A DNA stretch of 63,122 bases, taken from a virus. Lineage: Duplodnaviria; Caudoviricetes. Made by a program: the position numbers and the translations under genes. The stretch covers positions 1-63,122 of IMG/VR virus record IMGVR_UViG_3300032516_005551; one strand, 5' to 3'. Shown piece after piece: positions 28,494 to 38,006 of the stretch; positions within the stretch are counted from its first letter, which is position 1; the number at the start of each line of letters is the position of its first letter. The notes beneath the pieces were generated by a model. It had not been told where the DNA came from, made no database searches, and saw only the letters and a program-made list of their open reading frames with translations.

Positions 28494-31303
28494 CACTCCG
28501 GGTCTTCATCTCTCCCAACTATCTTAATGAGAAGGAACACGTCGACCGTGGGGGCATTAAACAGGTTGTTCTCGCCGAGAATAAATATCTTGGTCAATTT
28601 GATGTTGAGTCGGTTGCCAACATTGAAGAAGCTCACGTGATCCAAAATCAGGGTTCGATGCAGACCTGGCGCAAGGGCGTTCCTGTAGTGAACTCCAGTC
28701 ATGGATTGTACTGGTCCCGCTATCCCTGGGGAGAGGGAACTCAGGAAGTCAACCGAGAACTTATGCAGGCAATGTCGATGGCAGTCGCACAGACCGCTCC
28801 TTCCGAGTGGGTAGCGAGATCCATTCGGCGTGGTGCTTTGATCTATCCAGAGGTGGTTTATCATGGAGTAGACGCGGATGAATTTCAACCCAGTCTTCAT
28901 CCGAGTGATTACGTTCTATACAATAAACTCCGACATGATTTTGTCAGTGATAGTAAACAAATGCAGGAAGTCGCAAAATTGCTTCCGAACGTACAGTTCC
29001 TTTCCACAATAGGGATCGCGACCCCAAACGTGAAAGTTGTCGGCGCGATGCCGTATGACCAGATGAAACTTCTGACTTCGGAGGCTGGAGTTTATCTCGC
29101 TACCACACGGGAGACTTTTGGGATAGGAACTCTTGAGGCCATGGCTTGCGGTGTGCCAGTTGCCGGATTTTCTTGGGGTGGAACCAAAGAGATAATAATA
29201 CAGGGAGAAACAGGGTACCTTGCTCCTCCCGGAAGATTCGACTTACTTGCAGATTGCATTAAACGCTGCATCGACGAACGCAAGCGACTGTCAGTGAATT
29301 GTGTGAACGATGTGCGCTTCCGCTGGAAATGGGAGAGCAGGATCCAGCAGTATGCCGATCTTTTCAAGGCTGTGTATTCAGACTGGTATGAAGATAGACC
29401 AAAAGTTTCCATCATTGTTACCGCTTACAATCTTGATCGGTATCTTCCCCAGTGCCTTGATTCTGTCAAGATTCAAACGATGAAAGATTGGGAATGCCTG
29501 GTAATAGATGATGCACAATTAACATCCACCCGGGAGATCGTGAACGATTATGCCAAAAAAGACAAGCGTTTCAAATACATCGCCACTCCTGAAAACCTCG
29601 GGTTATCCGGCGCAAGAAACTTTGGCTTTTCGAAAGCGAAAGGCCATTACATTCGTCATTTGGATGCTGATGATTGGCTTGGAGAAACTGCGCTCGAGGT
29701 AGAGTCTGGTGCTCTGGACGATGACCCATTTATTCACATTGCTTATGGTGCTCTTTGCATGGTTGAACAAGATGGTGTAATACCCATGGTACAAGGTTCT
29801 CCCAAACGGTGTGATTGGCCGAAGCCGAAATTCTCATGGATAGAGCAAATGGCGCACCTGAACCAGATCCCAAGTTGCGTAATGATGCGCAGGGAAGTTC
29901 TTCAAAGGTCTGGCGGGTACCGCGTTCGTAACAAACGCCAGGAGGATGCTGAATTCTGGTGCAGGGTGACTTCGCTTGGGTTCAGGGCCATGAAAGTAAC
30001 CGAGGCCATCACCTACTTCCACAGGCAAAGGAACGACAGCAAGGGGCAGATTGAGTGGGATGTGGATGGAAAAGAACCAGATTGGACCGCCTGGTTTCCG
30101 TGGAGTCTGGGCGCAAGAGATTATCGAGAAGGAACTGAATTACTTCGGAAATTTCATGGAGAACACCCTAACGCAGCCATCGTGCCATTCGGAGCACAGG
30201 GCATTTCCTCGGAAGGAAAGTTCTGGTATATCAATGATTTTTCTTACCCGCTGGTCAGCGTGATCATTACCTGTGGCCCGGGGCATAAAGAATATTTGAT
30301 CGATGCTTTGGATTCTGTGCAGGCCCAGACATATCCTGATTGGGAGTGCATCGTGGTCAACGATACTGGCGTGAAATGGGGTAGTTACATCCCGGGCGCA
30401 CCATGGGCAAAGGTTGTTAACATGGATGGCAACCAAGGTACAGCGGCAGCACGAAATGAAGGTTTCCAGCACAGCAATTCACGCTACATAATCTGGATGG
30501 ATGCTGATGATTATTGGTTGCCATGGTTCTTGGAGCGCATGGTAGCTTATGCGGAGCAGAACTTTGGGATCATCTATTCGGACATCATCATGGATGACGG
30601 GAAAGAGAAGAAGGTCTACAAGTATGGCGATTTGAAGTACGATGAAGTGCCATTCCACATGCAGTATGCCGGTTCATCCATCCTTATCCCATGGGAGATC
30701 GTCCACGCGGTCAATAACTTCAACGGCGGGTACGATATAGAAGCACCTGGGATGGAGGACTGGATTTGGCAGATCGCCTGCCATCATCTCGGCTTCTGTG
30801 CCTTCCATCTGCCTGAACCCCTCTTTGTATATAGGACGTTCACATCCACCAAAAGAGAGCGCGACTATGCTAAAATAGAGGATATCCGGGCGTACCTGGA
30901 TGTCAAGTGGAAAGATTATCGTAAAGAAGGGAAAAGACTCATGTGTAGTTGTACTGGGACGAGGAAAGTAACCAATAAACCAAACAGTATGATGACCGCC
31001 TCTGGTGATTTCGCCAAGAGTCTGAATCTTCCCGAAAACGCCAATGAGACCCAGATGGTATTGGTGGAGTATATGGGACCCATCGCCGAAACCTTCTCAA
31101 TTCGCTCACGTATTGATCGAGGTATAAATTATCGTTTTGGAAACAATCCTTTGCACAAGGAACGAACCACCTTCCTTGCAGATGCTCAAATATTGACTGC
31201 CATGGAGGGTGGAGATGGGAAACCTCTTTATCGCGTGAAGGGGATATCCGGACTGACAGAGAATCGAGATCCGACTAATATTGTTGGGGCTATCGTTCAA
31301 TGA
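28490..31303 (+). CDS. Triple glycosyltransferase fusion (GT4 + GT2 + GT2) with C-terminal extension
   Basis: ETFGIGTLEAMACGVP (GT4); VSIIVTAYN..LDADD (GT2); VSVIITCG..MDADD (GT2). Confidence 0.85.
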   Translation: MTLRVFISPNYLNEKEHVDRGGIKQVVLAENKYLGQFDVESVANIEEAHVIQNQGSMQTWRKGVPVVNSSHGLYWSRYPWGEGTQEVNRELMQAMSMAVAQTAPSEWVARSIRRGALIYPEVVYHGVDADEFQPSLHPSDYVLYNKLRHDFVSDSKQMQEVAKLLPNVQFLSTIGIATPNVKVVGAMPYDQMKLLTSEAGVYLATTRETFGIGTLEAMACGVPVAGFSWGGTKEIIIQGETGYLAPPGRFDLLADCIKRCIDERKRLSVNCVNDVRFRWKWESRIQQYADLFKAVYSDWYEDRPKVSIIVTAYNLDRYLPQCLDSVKIQTMKDWECLVIDDAQLTSTREIVNDYAKKDKRFKYIATPENLGLSGARNFGFSKAKGHYIRHLDADDWLGETALEVESGALDDDPFIHIAYGALCMVEQDGVIPMVQGSPKRCDWPKPKFSWIEQMAHLNQIPSCVMMRREVLQRSGGYRVRNKRQEDAEFWCRVTSLGFRAMKVTEAITYFHRQRNDSKGQIEWDVDGKEPDWTAWFPWSLGARDYREGTELLRKFHGEHPNAAIVPFGAQGISSEGKFWYINDFSYPLVSVIITCGPGHKEYLIDALDSVQAQTYPDWECIVVNDTGVKWGSYIPGAPWAKVVNMDGNQGTAAARNEGFQHSNSRYIIWMDADDYWLPWFLERMVAYAEQNFGIIYSDIIMDDGKEKKVYKYGDLKYDEVPFHMQYAGSSILIPWEIVHAVNNFNGGYDIEAPGMEDWIWQIACHHLGFCAFHLPEPLFVYRTFTSTKRERDYAKIEDIRAYLDVKWKDYRKEGKRLMCSCTGTRKVTNKPNSMMTASGDFAKSLNLPENANETQMVLVEYMGPIAETFSIRSRIDRGINYRFGNNPLHKERTTFLADAQILTAMEGGDGKPLYRVKGISGLTENRDPTNIVGAIVQ

Positions 31304-31614
31304 CTCTCCTGGAATTCGCAATTCTGGGATTGGCTACCTGGCGTATATCTGCCCTGCTGTCAAAGGAAGCAGGGCCATTCGACGTTTTCAAACGGATAAG
31401 AGAGAAGGCGGGAATAACTCACGACGAGAATGATGACGTGTTCATGGTTCCCCACAATTTCTTCGCCGAATTACTGTCATGCGTCTGGTGTACTTCCATC
31501 TGGGTGGCGGCGTTCTGGGCGTGTTTCTTTGCAGTAACTCAGCAAATTTGCACAATTATTGCTACGATTTTCGCTTTGAGTGCGGTTGCTATTTTTGTGG
31601 ATCGTCTTTCTTAA
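31300..31614 (+). CDS. DUF1360-like membrane protein
   Basis: LATWRI..LL..EAGPF..IR..ELLSCVWCTSIW pattern. Confidence 0.7.
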   Translation: MTLLEFAILGLATWRISALLSKEAGPFDVFKRIREKAGITHDENDDVFMVPHNFFAELLSCVWCTSIWVAAFWACFFAVTQQICTIIATIFALSAVAIFVDRLS

Positions 31615-32665
31615 CCATTCCTCTCTGATCACAAACCACACTTATCACATATTTGACATCGGCACTGTTCATATTTTGATGGCAGGGAACATATAGATGG
31701 GTGTGGGAGATATGTTCCGCTACCGGGAACTTTCCAACACTTTGATAGCGCGGTTCTTCCAATGGGATGCAGGAGAAGAATTTTCTGCATTCAATCCCCG
31801 CCTGAAGTATATTTCTCATTGCGCCATCCCTGGCACTCTCTGATGAAAACTCAACCGGATACCCATGAGGAACAATTTCTTCTCTTTCCCGCTCATAAAA
31901 TCCACCCAATCCTTTCTGCATTGCAAGAAAGTTCTTTCTCCTTCTTGAAACATACTCATCAACATGATTCATCAGACAGATGCCAAGAACGGATTGAAGA
32001 CTGGTGAATCTGGCGTTGAACCCATAGTTTGTAAAATGGAATTTATTCATTGGATCTGTCGTGGTAGAACCATGTGCCCGGATGGACCGGCATAGACTGG
32101 CGAGCTCGGGATCATCAGTAACAATCGCTCCCCCCTCACCGGTCGATATTGTATGGGACGGGAAGAATGAATAAGTACCCATTTTCCCAAATGTACCCGC
32201 AGACTTACCACCCAATCTACTACCGAATGCTTCACATGCGTCCTCAATATCCGGATTTGTTGGTCCCTGCCGTCCCATCAAATCAGTTGAAAACACGATA
32301 GAATGAAGATAAGTGTACGGATGAATATAAGAAAGATCGACCGTCCAATCTTCTTTTACGTCTACAAAGACTACCTGTAGTCCGTTATACAATACCGAAT
32401 TCGGTTGGGCAATGAAAGTTAGGGCTGGGACTACCACACTTCTTGAGATCTTATAAACTGCCTTCATGGCTGCCACGGCAACGGCATCCGCCATGGTCCC
32501 ATTGGAAACAGCTATGCAGAATTTTGAGCCAACATAATTTGCGATCGCTTCCTCGAACTGCTCGATAAGATCAGTTTGTCCTATCTTTCCTGCCCTGAGA
32601 GCATTTTCCATCATGGGATAGGTTTCTTCCGGAATGTTTACTGCCGCCAGAGATACTTTATACAT
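31589..32665 (-). CDS. DegT/DnrJ-family PLP enzyme, His-type (ColD/RfbH-like 3-dehydratase)
   Basis: VSNGT, VPALTF, EDACEA and SFFPSHTISTGEGG, with His at the position of the usual catalytic Lys. Confidence 0.8.
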   Translation of the reverse strand: MYKVSLAAVNIPEETYPMMENALRAGKIGQTDLIEQFEEAIANYVGSKFCIAVSNGTMADAVAVAAMKAVYKISRSVVVPALTFIAQPNSVLYNGLQVVFVDVKEDWTVDLSYIHPYTYLHSIVFSTDLMGRQGPTNPDIEDACEAFGSRLGGKSAGTFGKMGTYSFFPSHTISTGEGGAIVTDDPELASLCRSIRAHGSTTTDPMNKFHFTNYGFNARFTSLQSVLGICLMNHVDEYVSRRRKNFLAMQKGLGGFYEREREEIVPHGYPVEFSSESARDGAMRNILQAGIECRKFFSCIPLEEPRYQSVGKFPVAEHISHTHLYVPCHQNMNSADVKYVISVVCDQRGMVKKDDPQK

Positions 32666-32666
32666 T

Positions 32667-33398
32667 TCACCACCTGCTGCCAGCGGTCGAAAGATAATTA
32701 TCTGTTCTCCAAACTCCCATGTGCCAGATGGGTTCTTTCTGTTCAAGAGAATCCTCTCCAAAACGCATGGGGATTGCGATCGTCGGTCCATCATGTTTAT
32801 AATAACGCTCATTACCAAGAAGTTCTGCGTTGCCGGGTTGATTCGGGGCACAAGACGGTATATCACCGTAAGCATCCCAGAAGCGCCTGTGATACAAATG
32901 GAAACCGATTGTACTCATGTAGGCGGTTGAACTTTTACTTTTATCCAGTCTCCACCAATGCAATCCGCCGCAATCCAACAGGTCTGCATGAACGTCAACC
33001 TCGTCTTTCTGGTTTGGTCCATTTGACCAGAAGGCAAGCCTGGCCATCCTCACGCATCCGATTTCCGGGTGTTTCAAAAGCAATGCCACGTCGGGAGTTA
33101 TGTCAATTTTGTGCTGGGGCATAAAGTCATCCAGGGCGACTACCCATACATCTCCGCCATGCCTGGCGCATGAGTTTACCATATCGGATAGGTTATCTGT
33201 GACTTCGACCGATGTTGGATAATCCTTGGTGAGCCTGAGATAATAATCTATGTCCTCCTGTGGACTGCCGCCATCTGCAATATGAAATTTTATTGGAGCA
33301 CCATACCCAACAAGTCCAATGATCATTTGAATGGTCATCACGGCATACCATGGACGTTTGTATGTGCAAATCCCGAACGTGAGCGGGGGGAGATCCAT
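32667..33398 (-). CDS. Glycosyltransferase family 2
   Basis: ICTYKR, IADGGS and ALDDF motifs. Confidence 0.7.
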   Translation of the reverse strand: MDLPPLTFGICTYKRPWYAVMTIQMIIGLVGYGAPIKFHIADGGSPQEDIDYYLRLTKDYPTSVEVTDNLSDMVNSCARHGGDVWVVALDDFMPQHKIDITPDVALLLKHPEIGCVRMARLAFWSNGPNQKDEVDVHADLLDCGGLHWWRLDKSKSSTAYMSTIGFHLYHRRFWDAYGDIPSCAPNQPGNAELLGNERYYKHDGPTIAIPMRFGEDSLEQKEPIWHMGVWRTDNYLSTAGSRW

Positions 33399-33991
33399 TA
33401 TTTCACTTCCTTTTTGAATATAACCAGGTCCTTAAATTGGGTCATTTTATAGTTGTATCCAGTGGATAAGTGGATTTCAACGAATGTTTTTATTTTTTCC
33501 CATGCGGCTGATTTTTCGTAGAATAGAATTTCCCCTGCCACAGAAAGTTTCTTTGTCATTGTGTTTAACACACCTTCAACAGCATTGCCTGGGTAATCTG
33601 GGTTTAGTACCTGTTCAGAAATTTCCCCGAGGTGGAATAAAGAAATGAAATCAAACCTAGGTAAAATATTTGCGTTAATCAGATGAATATCCCCGAAGTC
33701 AACCATGTATTTTCTGGCCAACCATGGATTTTCCGTGGCGAGATTTATGTATTCTTTTACCTCAGACGGAGTTATGGAAATGGAACGCACGAAAATGTTG
33801 CTCTGTTCCACCGCCCATAGACCGACCTTGTGATGAAGACCAGGCCCCATGTGAAAGATGACAGCCGTGTTCATTTTTTCAAGACCCAACCCAGAAAGAT
33901 ATTCAATAAATTGTGTGTCACACGGACACACATCACTGTATTCCCATCCCACTTCAACGATTGGAATATTTGTCATGTTTCTTTTCTCCAC
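33398..33991 (-). CDS. Hypothetical protein, SAM-methyltransferase-like fold
   Basis: IFHMGPG, GDIH and FDFISLFH resemble degenerate Rossmann methyltransferase motifs. Confidence 0.45.
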   Translation of the reverse strand: MEKRNMTNIPIVEVGWEYSDVCPCDTQFIEYLSGLGLEKMNTAVIFHMGPGLHHKVGLWAVEQSNIFVRSISITPSEVKEYINLATENPWLARKYMVDFGDIHLINANILPRFDFISLFHLGEISEQVLNPDYPGNAVEGVLNTMTKKLSVAGEILFYEKSAAWEKIKTFVEIHLSTGYNYKMTQFKDLVIFKKEVK

Positions 33992-34641
33992 AAAGATACC
34001 CCTTTATTCTTTGCCCAATATTCTTTTATCTTCTGAGCAGTTATTTCAGGAGTTGGATATAAATCCTGGGAAACATATTTTCGCATAGCATCAATCCAAT
34101 GCGATAGCCCTTCCGAAGTTATATCCGCTGTAGTTCCAGTTAATCCAAGCACAGCCGGATCCAGGGCATCCGGAAGATATTCCACATAGGGAAAATCTAC
34201 GAAATATGTCAGTGATATTCCCAGATCCTCGCTGGCCTTTCGAATAATAACATGATCCACATGGCTTCCAACGGCCAGAGGGCACATCAGGATATCGTCA
34301 GATTCCAGTTGCATTTTTAATAGATGTGTTATTGCCAGAGCTGTTCTGTCTTCCGGGTGAACCGTGGAAAAAACCGTTGAGTAAAGTTTATTCCCCTCAA
34401 AATCCTTTCTATCGAGACCATCGAGGAAACAGTAGTGAATCGGTTTCGCTCCCAATATCTTCAGTGCTTCTTTATCCTCTTTCATTCGTATGGTGTATTT
34501 CTCACTGGATGTTTCTCTGGGAATTGCACACATGAAAGTGAAAACCTCAACATCCATTCCCGCATTCACCTGATCGTATATTAATCCTCCACAGGATAAG
34601 ACTGCATCATCCAGGTGGGGGGAAAGGTAAATAGTCTTCAT
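33973..34641 (-). CDS. PIG-L/LmbE family deacetylase
   Basis: SPHLDDAVLSCGG, R.KED, HVDH and YVSQ motifs. Confidence 0.9.
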   Translation of the reverse strand: MKTIYLSPHLDDAVLSCGGLIYDQVNAGMDVEVFTFMCAIPRETSSEKYTIRMKEDKEALKILGAKPIHYCFLDGLDRKDFEGNKLYSTVFSTVHPEDRTALAITHLLKMQLESDDILMCPLAVGSHVDHVIIRKASEDLGISLTYFVDFPYVEYLPDALDPAVLGLTGTTADITSEGLSHWIDAMRKYVSQDLYPTPEITAQKIKEYWAKNKGVSLWRKET

Positions 34642-34679
34642 AAACTTATTTTATCACCGAATTGGATTATAATTGCTGT

Positions 34680-34985
34680 ATGGATTTTCCTCTTTCGTGT
34701 CCTGGTTGTGCACATGAAAACTGGGTAGACCTGGATAGTCCTCAGGTCTGGAGAGTGAACAGTCTTCTCATAGTTGAAGGATACATTTGTGAGATTTGTA
34801 AAAAACCAATCCCGTTCTTCTTTTACACCAGGTCCATGGAAGACGCGTTAATAAAATTGAAGTATTCAGGACCCCATCATTCGTCTTTCCGCTATCATTT
34901 TCAAAAAGCTCTCCGGAAAGCATTGGGAATACGGGAGAAATATAATGGCTCGATCAGACACGGTAACGAAACTCGCCCTCGATGA
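34680..34985 (+). CDS. Zinc-ribbon hypothetical protein
   Basis: CPGC and CEIC motifs. Confidence 0.5.
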   Translation: MDFPLSCPGCAHENWVDLDSPQVWRVNSLLIVEGYICEICKKPIPFFFYTRSMEDALIKLKYSGPHHSSFRYHFQKALRKALGIREKYNGSIRHGNETRPR

Positions 34986-36162
34986 ATTTGCCCAGATAAT
35001 AGGTCTAAATCCAATGGCGTTCAATGGATTTTCCTCATCCTTGTTCCCGAACAATGTATGCGGAGATATTTTCTTTCAATACGATTGGCAACATTCTGAT
35101 CGAATTGGGAGAGAGACCATCGCCCAGGCAATCAATCAAGCCGAGATGGAGATGGAAGCAGAGGCAGGTTTCATGTTGATGCCAACATGGACAACCGAAG
35201 AACGCCTTGGATATCCTCGTCCTGGCATTCCCGGTGTGTTTGGTCTGGATGGTCGCAATACACGCGGTCTTCCAAAAAGTGTCGAGGCAAAAAAGGGTTT
35301 GATCATCTCGGGAGGTATACAGGAAAAGACTCTGCTTGGAAACGCATCTGCGATCGTCAGATCCGATGTTGACGGAGATGGGTACGCCGAAACAGCAACC
35401 GTCACTACCGCAGTTACATTCACCGACACGAACGAGGTTCGTATTTACTATGCCAGTGAAGACGGCGACGACGCTTACGAGATCCGGCCAGCCAAAGTTA
35501 CCATCTCTGGAGGTTTTGCAACCATTGTGTTTAAGTCCTGGCAGGTTCCTGTTCTCGGAAAACTGGAACAGTTGGATGCTCCTGTTCTGGACGCTGCGGT
35601 GGCCGCGAACTATGAAACAACAGTAGACGTATACCGGGTTCGAAATGATCCCAGCACTCAACTTCAGTTCATGTGGGAAAGTTCGGATTTGAACTGTTGT
35701 GGAACATGCGTAGCCTGTCAATTTGGAACGCAGGCAGGTTGTTTCCATTTGCGCGACCCCAGGCGCGGAGTTTTGGTTCCAACTCCCGGTTCCTGGAATG
35801 CAACAGATCTTGCATTTGATAGTGCGGAGTTTAGTGTTTGCCGCGACCCGGACCAGATTCGATTATGGTATTATTCCGGATGGAAGGATGGAACAGTAAA
35901 ACGACCATACGTGGAAATGTCGAACTACTGGAAGTTCGCCGTGGCTGTGTTCGCGATCTCCAAGTTCGAACGTGCAGTATGTGGATGTTCCAACGTCAAT
36001 CAATTCGTTGAGAAGTGGCGTCGTGATGCAGCTTTCCACTCGATGACCGAAGGAGGTTTTCAAGTAACTGCTGAAATGATGTCTAATAAACTTGGAACAA
36101 GTCTTGGAGCAATCTACGCATATAGGCAGATTCACAGGAATGGAGTAAGGATAATAAAATAG
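34945..36162 (+). CDS. Putative head-tail connector/adaptor
   Basis: Position at the start of the tail module; AI..AE.EMEA and LWYYSGW patterns seen in gp15-like adaptors. Confidence 0.55.
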   Translation: MARSDTVTKLALDEFAQIIGLNPMAFNGFSSSLFPNNVCGDIFFQYDWQHSDRIGRETIAQAINQAEMEMEAEAGFMLMPTWTTEERLGYPRPGIPGVFGLDGRNTRGLPKSVEAKKGLIISGGIQEKTLLGNASAIVRSDVDGDGYAETATVTTAVTFTDTNEVRIYYASEDGDDAYEIRPAKVTISGGFATIVFKSWQVPVLGKLEQLDAPVLDAAVAANYETTVDVYRVRNDPSTQLQFMWESSDLNCCGTCVACQFGTQAGCFHLRDPRRGVLVPTPGSWNATDLAFDSAEFSVCRDPDQIRLWYYSGWKDGTVKRPYVEMSNYWKFAVAVFAISKFERAVCGCSNVNQFVEKWRRDAAFHSMTEGGFQVTAEMMSNKLGTSLGAIYAYRQIHRNGVRIIK

Positions 36163-36176
36163 GGTATAATTAGTTC

Positions 36177-36461
36177 ATGGAACAAGTAACCCATATTGAC
36201 GAACTTGGCAGAAAATATCGGGCGTTTTCAAACGGAGAAGGTTCCATCATTATCATAGGACCACCCGAAAGTTTATTTGAATATTTACCTCTGCCAGAAC
36301 CATTTGCAACACGCCTGCATAATGTTCTTTACGAACGAGGAATATTTGATTACAAAACAGCTTCAAGAGGACAGGCACTTGTCGGCGCTTTGCAAGAGGC
36401 TTTGCTTGTTGATGTCCAAAAATTACTCGAGGCCTACTTTCGAAATGAGCAAGGAGGATAA
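36177..36461 (+). CDS. Hypothetical protein
   Basis: Clean ORF preceded by GGGTATAAT. Confidence 0.55.
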   Translation: MEQVTHIDELGRKYRAFSNGEGSIIIIGPPESLFEYLPLPEPFATRLHNVLYERGIFDYKTASRGQALVGALQEALLVDVQKLLEAYFRNEQGG

Positions 36462-36466
36462 ATCCA

Positions 36467-37969
36467 ATGACAGATATTAAGGCTTTAACAGGAATTAACC
36501 AGCGAGTCTGGTACGTTGAGGGAGGTGTGCACCCCACACATCCACCCGTCCTATTAACCATCGGGAAATTTTCTGGTGATCCATCCCAGAAGACCGGGGA
36601 TGCGAAGAAAATTGCTGCACCCGACCCGAACAACTTCAATCGGGATATCCAGGTTGGAACGGTTCCTGGAACTGCGGACCGGGCAACTCTAGCGGTTGCC
36701 ATTCGGAGTACAGCACAGAAATCTGTGTTGATCGGATGGAAAAACAGGAAATGCCGGGTGGATATTTACGCCCTGTCCGGAAAATGCGGAAATCCGCAAG
36801 ACTTCACCGAAGGTGGAGAAAAATGGATCTACTTCCCGGACGGGCAGATTTCAGGTCACGCGTATGAAGGTTTTGGTGCATTTGGATTGGATGAATCCAA
36901 AGAAACAAACGAAACCGTCGACATGACCGCAGAGGAATACTATGAGTTTCTATACATGGGACAAGTCCAGGTCGGTGCTTCGTCTACCGTAAGAGAAATA
37001 TGGACGGTGGATATTTATCAGGGTAGCGATTGTGAAGACTGCCCCGATCCTTGCTCTCGCGTGCTCTGTTCCATGGCTGGTGCTTCTGCGACTCCTGGTA
37101 CCCAACCGCTCCTATTGTATACAGCGGATTCTGGTTTGACCTGGACAACCGACACCATCACGACCCTTTTCTCAAACGAGACGATCGCAGATGGAGAAAT
37201 GATTGGAGATAATATTGTCTATATCTCCAACACATCCAACAGTATCCACTATACAGATGTTCACCTGGTTTATAAAAACACGAACACCTGGAGCGAAGTT
37301 ACCAGCGGATTCGTCGCGGCAAAGGGTCCTAACGCGATCTGGAGTATAGATCCAAGACATACCTGGATCGTTGGTGATGGTGGATATATTTACTTTGCAT
37401 CCAACTACAAAACTGGCGTCGTTATAAAGAACTATGGTGTTACAACCACCCAGAAGTTGAATGATGTGCACGCAATCGATGTTGATAACATTCTTGCGTG
37501 CGGAGATGCAAACGCTGTCGTCTATTCAGCCGACTCCGGTGAAACCTGGGCTTCAGTAACCGGCCCCGCTGTGGGCGTGAATCTGGGCACCTGCTGGATG
37601 TGGTCTGCTGATATATGGTTTGTTGGAGAGGGAGCTGGTGGAACAGGTAAACTGTGGTTGACCGTGGATCAAGGTACAACCTGGACACAGGTCGCTCTTC
37701 CTGCTTCATACGTGCAGATCGACAAGATCAAATTCATCAGTGATGCTGAGGGTTATCTTAGTGCTCGTACTGCTGGTCAGTCCTTTATTCTGCGAACTAT
37801 TACAGCCGGGAATGAATGGGTTGTACTTCCTCAGGGAAAGACCAGTGTATCCATTGACAACACGAAGTTGACCGACCTTGACATCTGTTCGAAATACAGC
37901 AACACCGTTTTTGCCAGTGGTCTGGCCGACAATGGTACCGCAGGCATCATCCTCAAGATGACTGCATAA
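36467..37969 (+). CDS. Major tail (tube) protein with C-terminal BNR/Asp-box propeller
   Basis: Strong AGGAGG RBS; precedes the chaperone and tape measure genes; Asp-boxes TADSGLTW, SADSGETW and TVDQGTTW. Confidence 0.65.
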   Translation: MTDIKALTGINQRVWYVEGGVHPTHPPVLLTIGKFSGDPSQKTGDAKKIAAPDPNNFNRDIQVGTVPGTADRATLAVAIRSTAQKSVLIGWKNRKCRVDIYALSGKCGNPQDFTEGGEKWIYFPDGQISGHAYEGFGAFGLDESKETNETVDMTAEEYYEFLYMGQVQVGASSTVREIWTVDIYQGSDCEDCPDPCSRVLCSMAGASATPGTQPLLLYTADSGLTWTTDTITTLFSNETIADGEMIGDNIVYISNTSNSIHYTDVHLVYKNTNTWSEVTSGFVAAKGPNAIWSIDPRHTWIVGDGGYIYFASNYKTGVVIKNYGVTTTQKLNDVHAIDVDNILACGDANAVVYSADSGETWASVTGPAVGVNLGTCWMWSADIWFVGEGAGGTGKLWLTVDQGTTWTQVALPASYVQIDKIKFISDAEGYLSARTAGQSFILRTITAGNEWVVLPQGKTSVSIDNTKLTDLDICSKYSNTVFASGLADNGTAGIILKMTA

Positions 37970-38006
37970 TCCGCCGTTTTGAAACGGCGAAAGGAAACCA
38001 GGAAGC

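Noticed and set aside
32666-32875. N-terminal extension of the PLP enzyme in the ORF track
   Set aside because: It overlaps the upstream GT2 gene; the RBS and ATG at 32665 fit better.
8735-34641. Host O-antigen/capsule locus or bacterial contamination
   Set aside because: The genes are interleaved and translationally coupled with phage head genes, and no wzx, wzy, ABC exporter or gtrAB was recognised.
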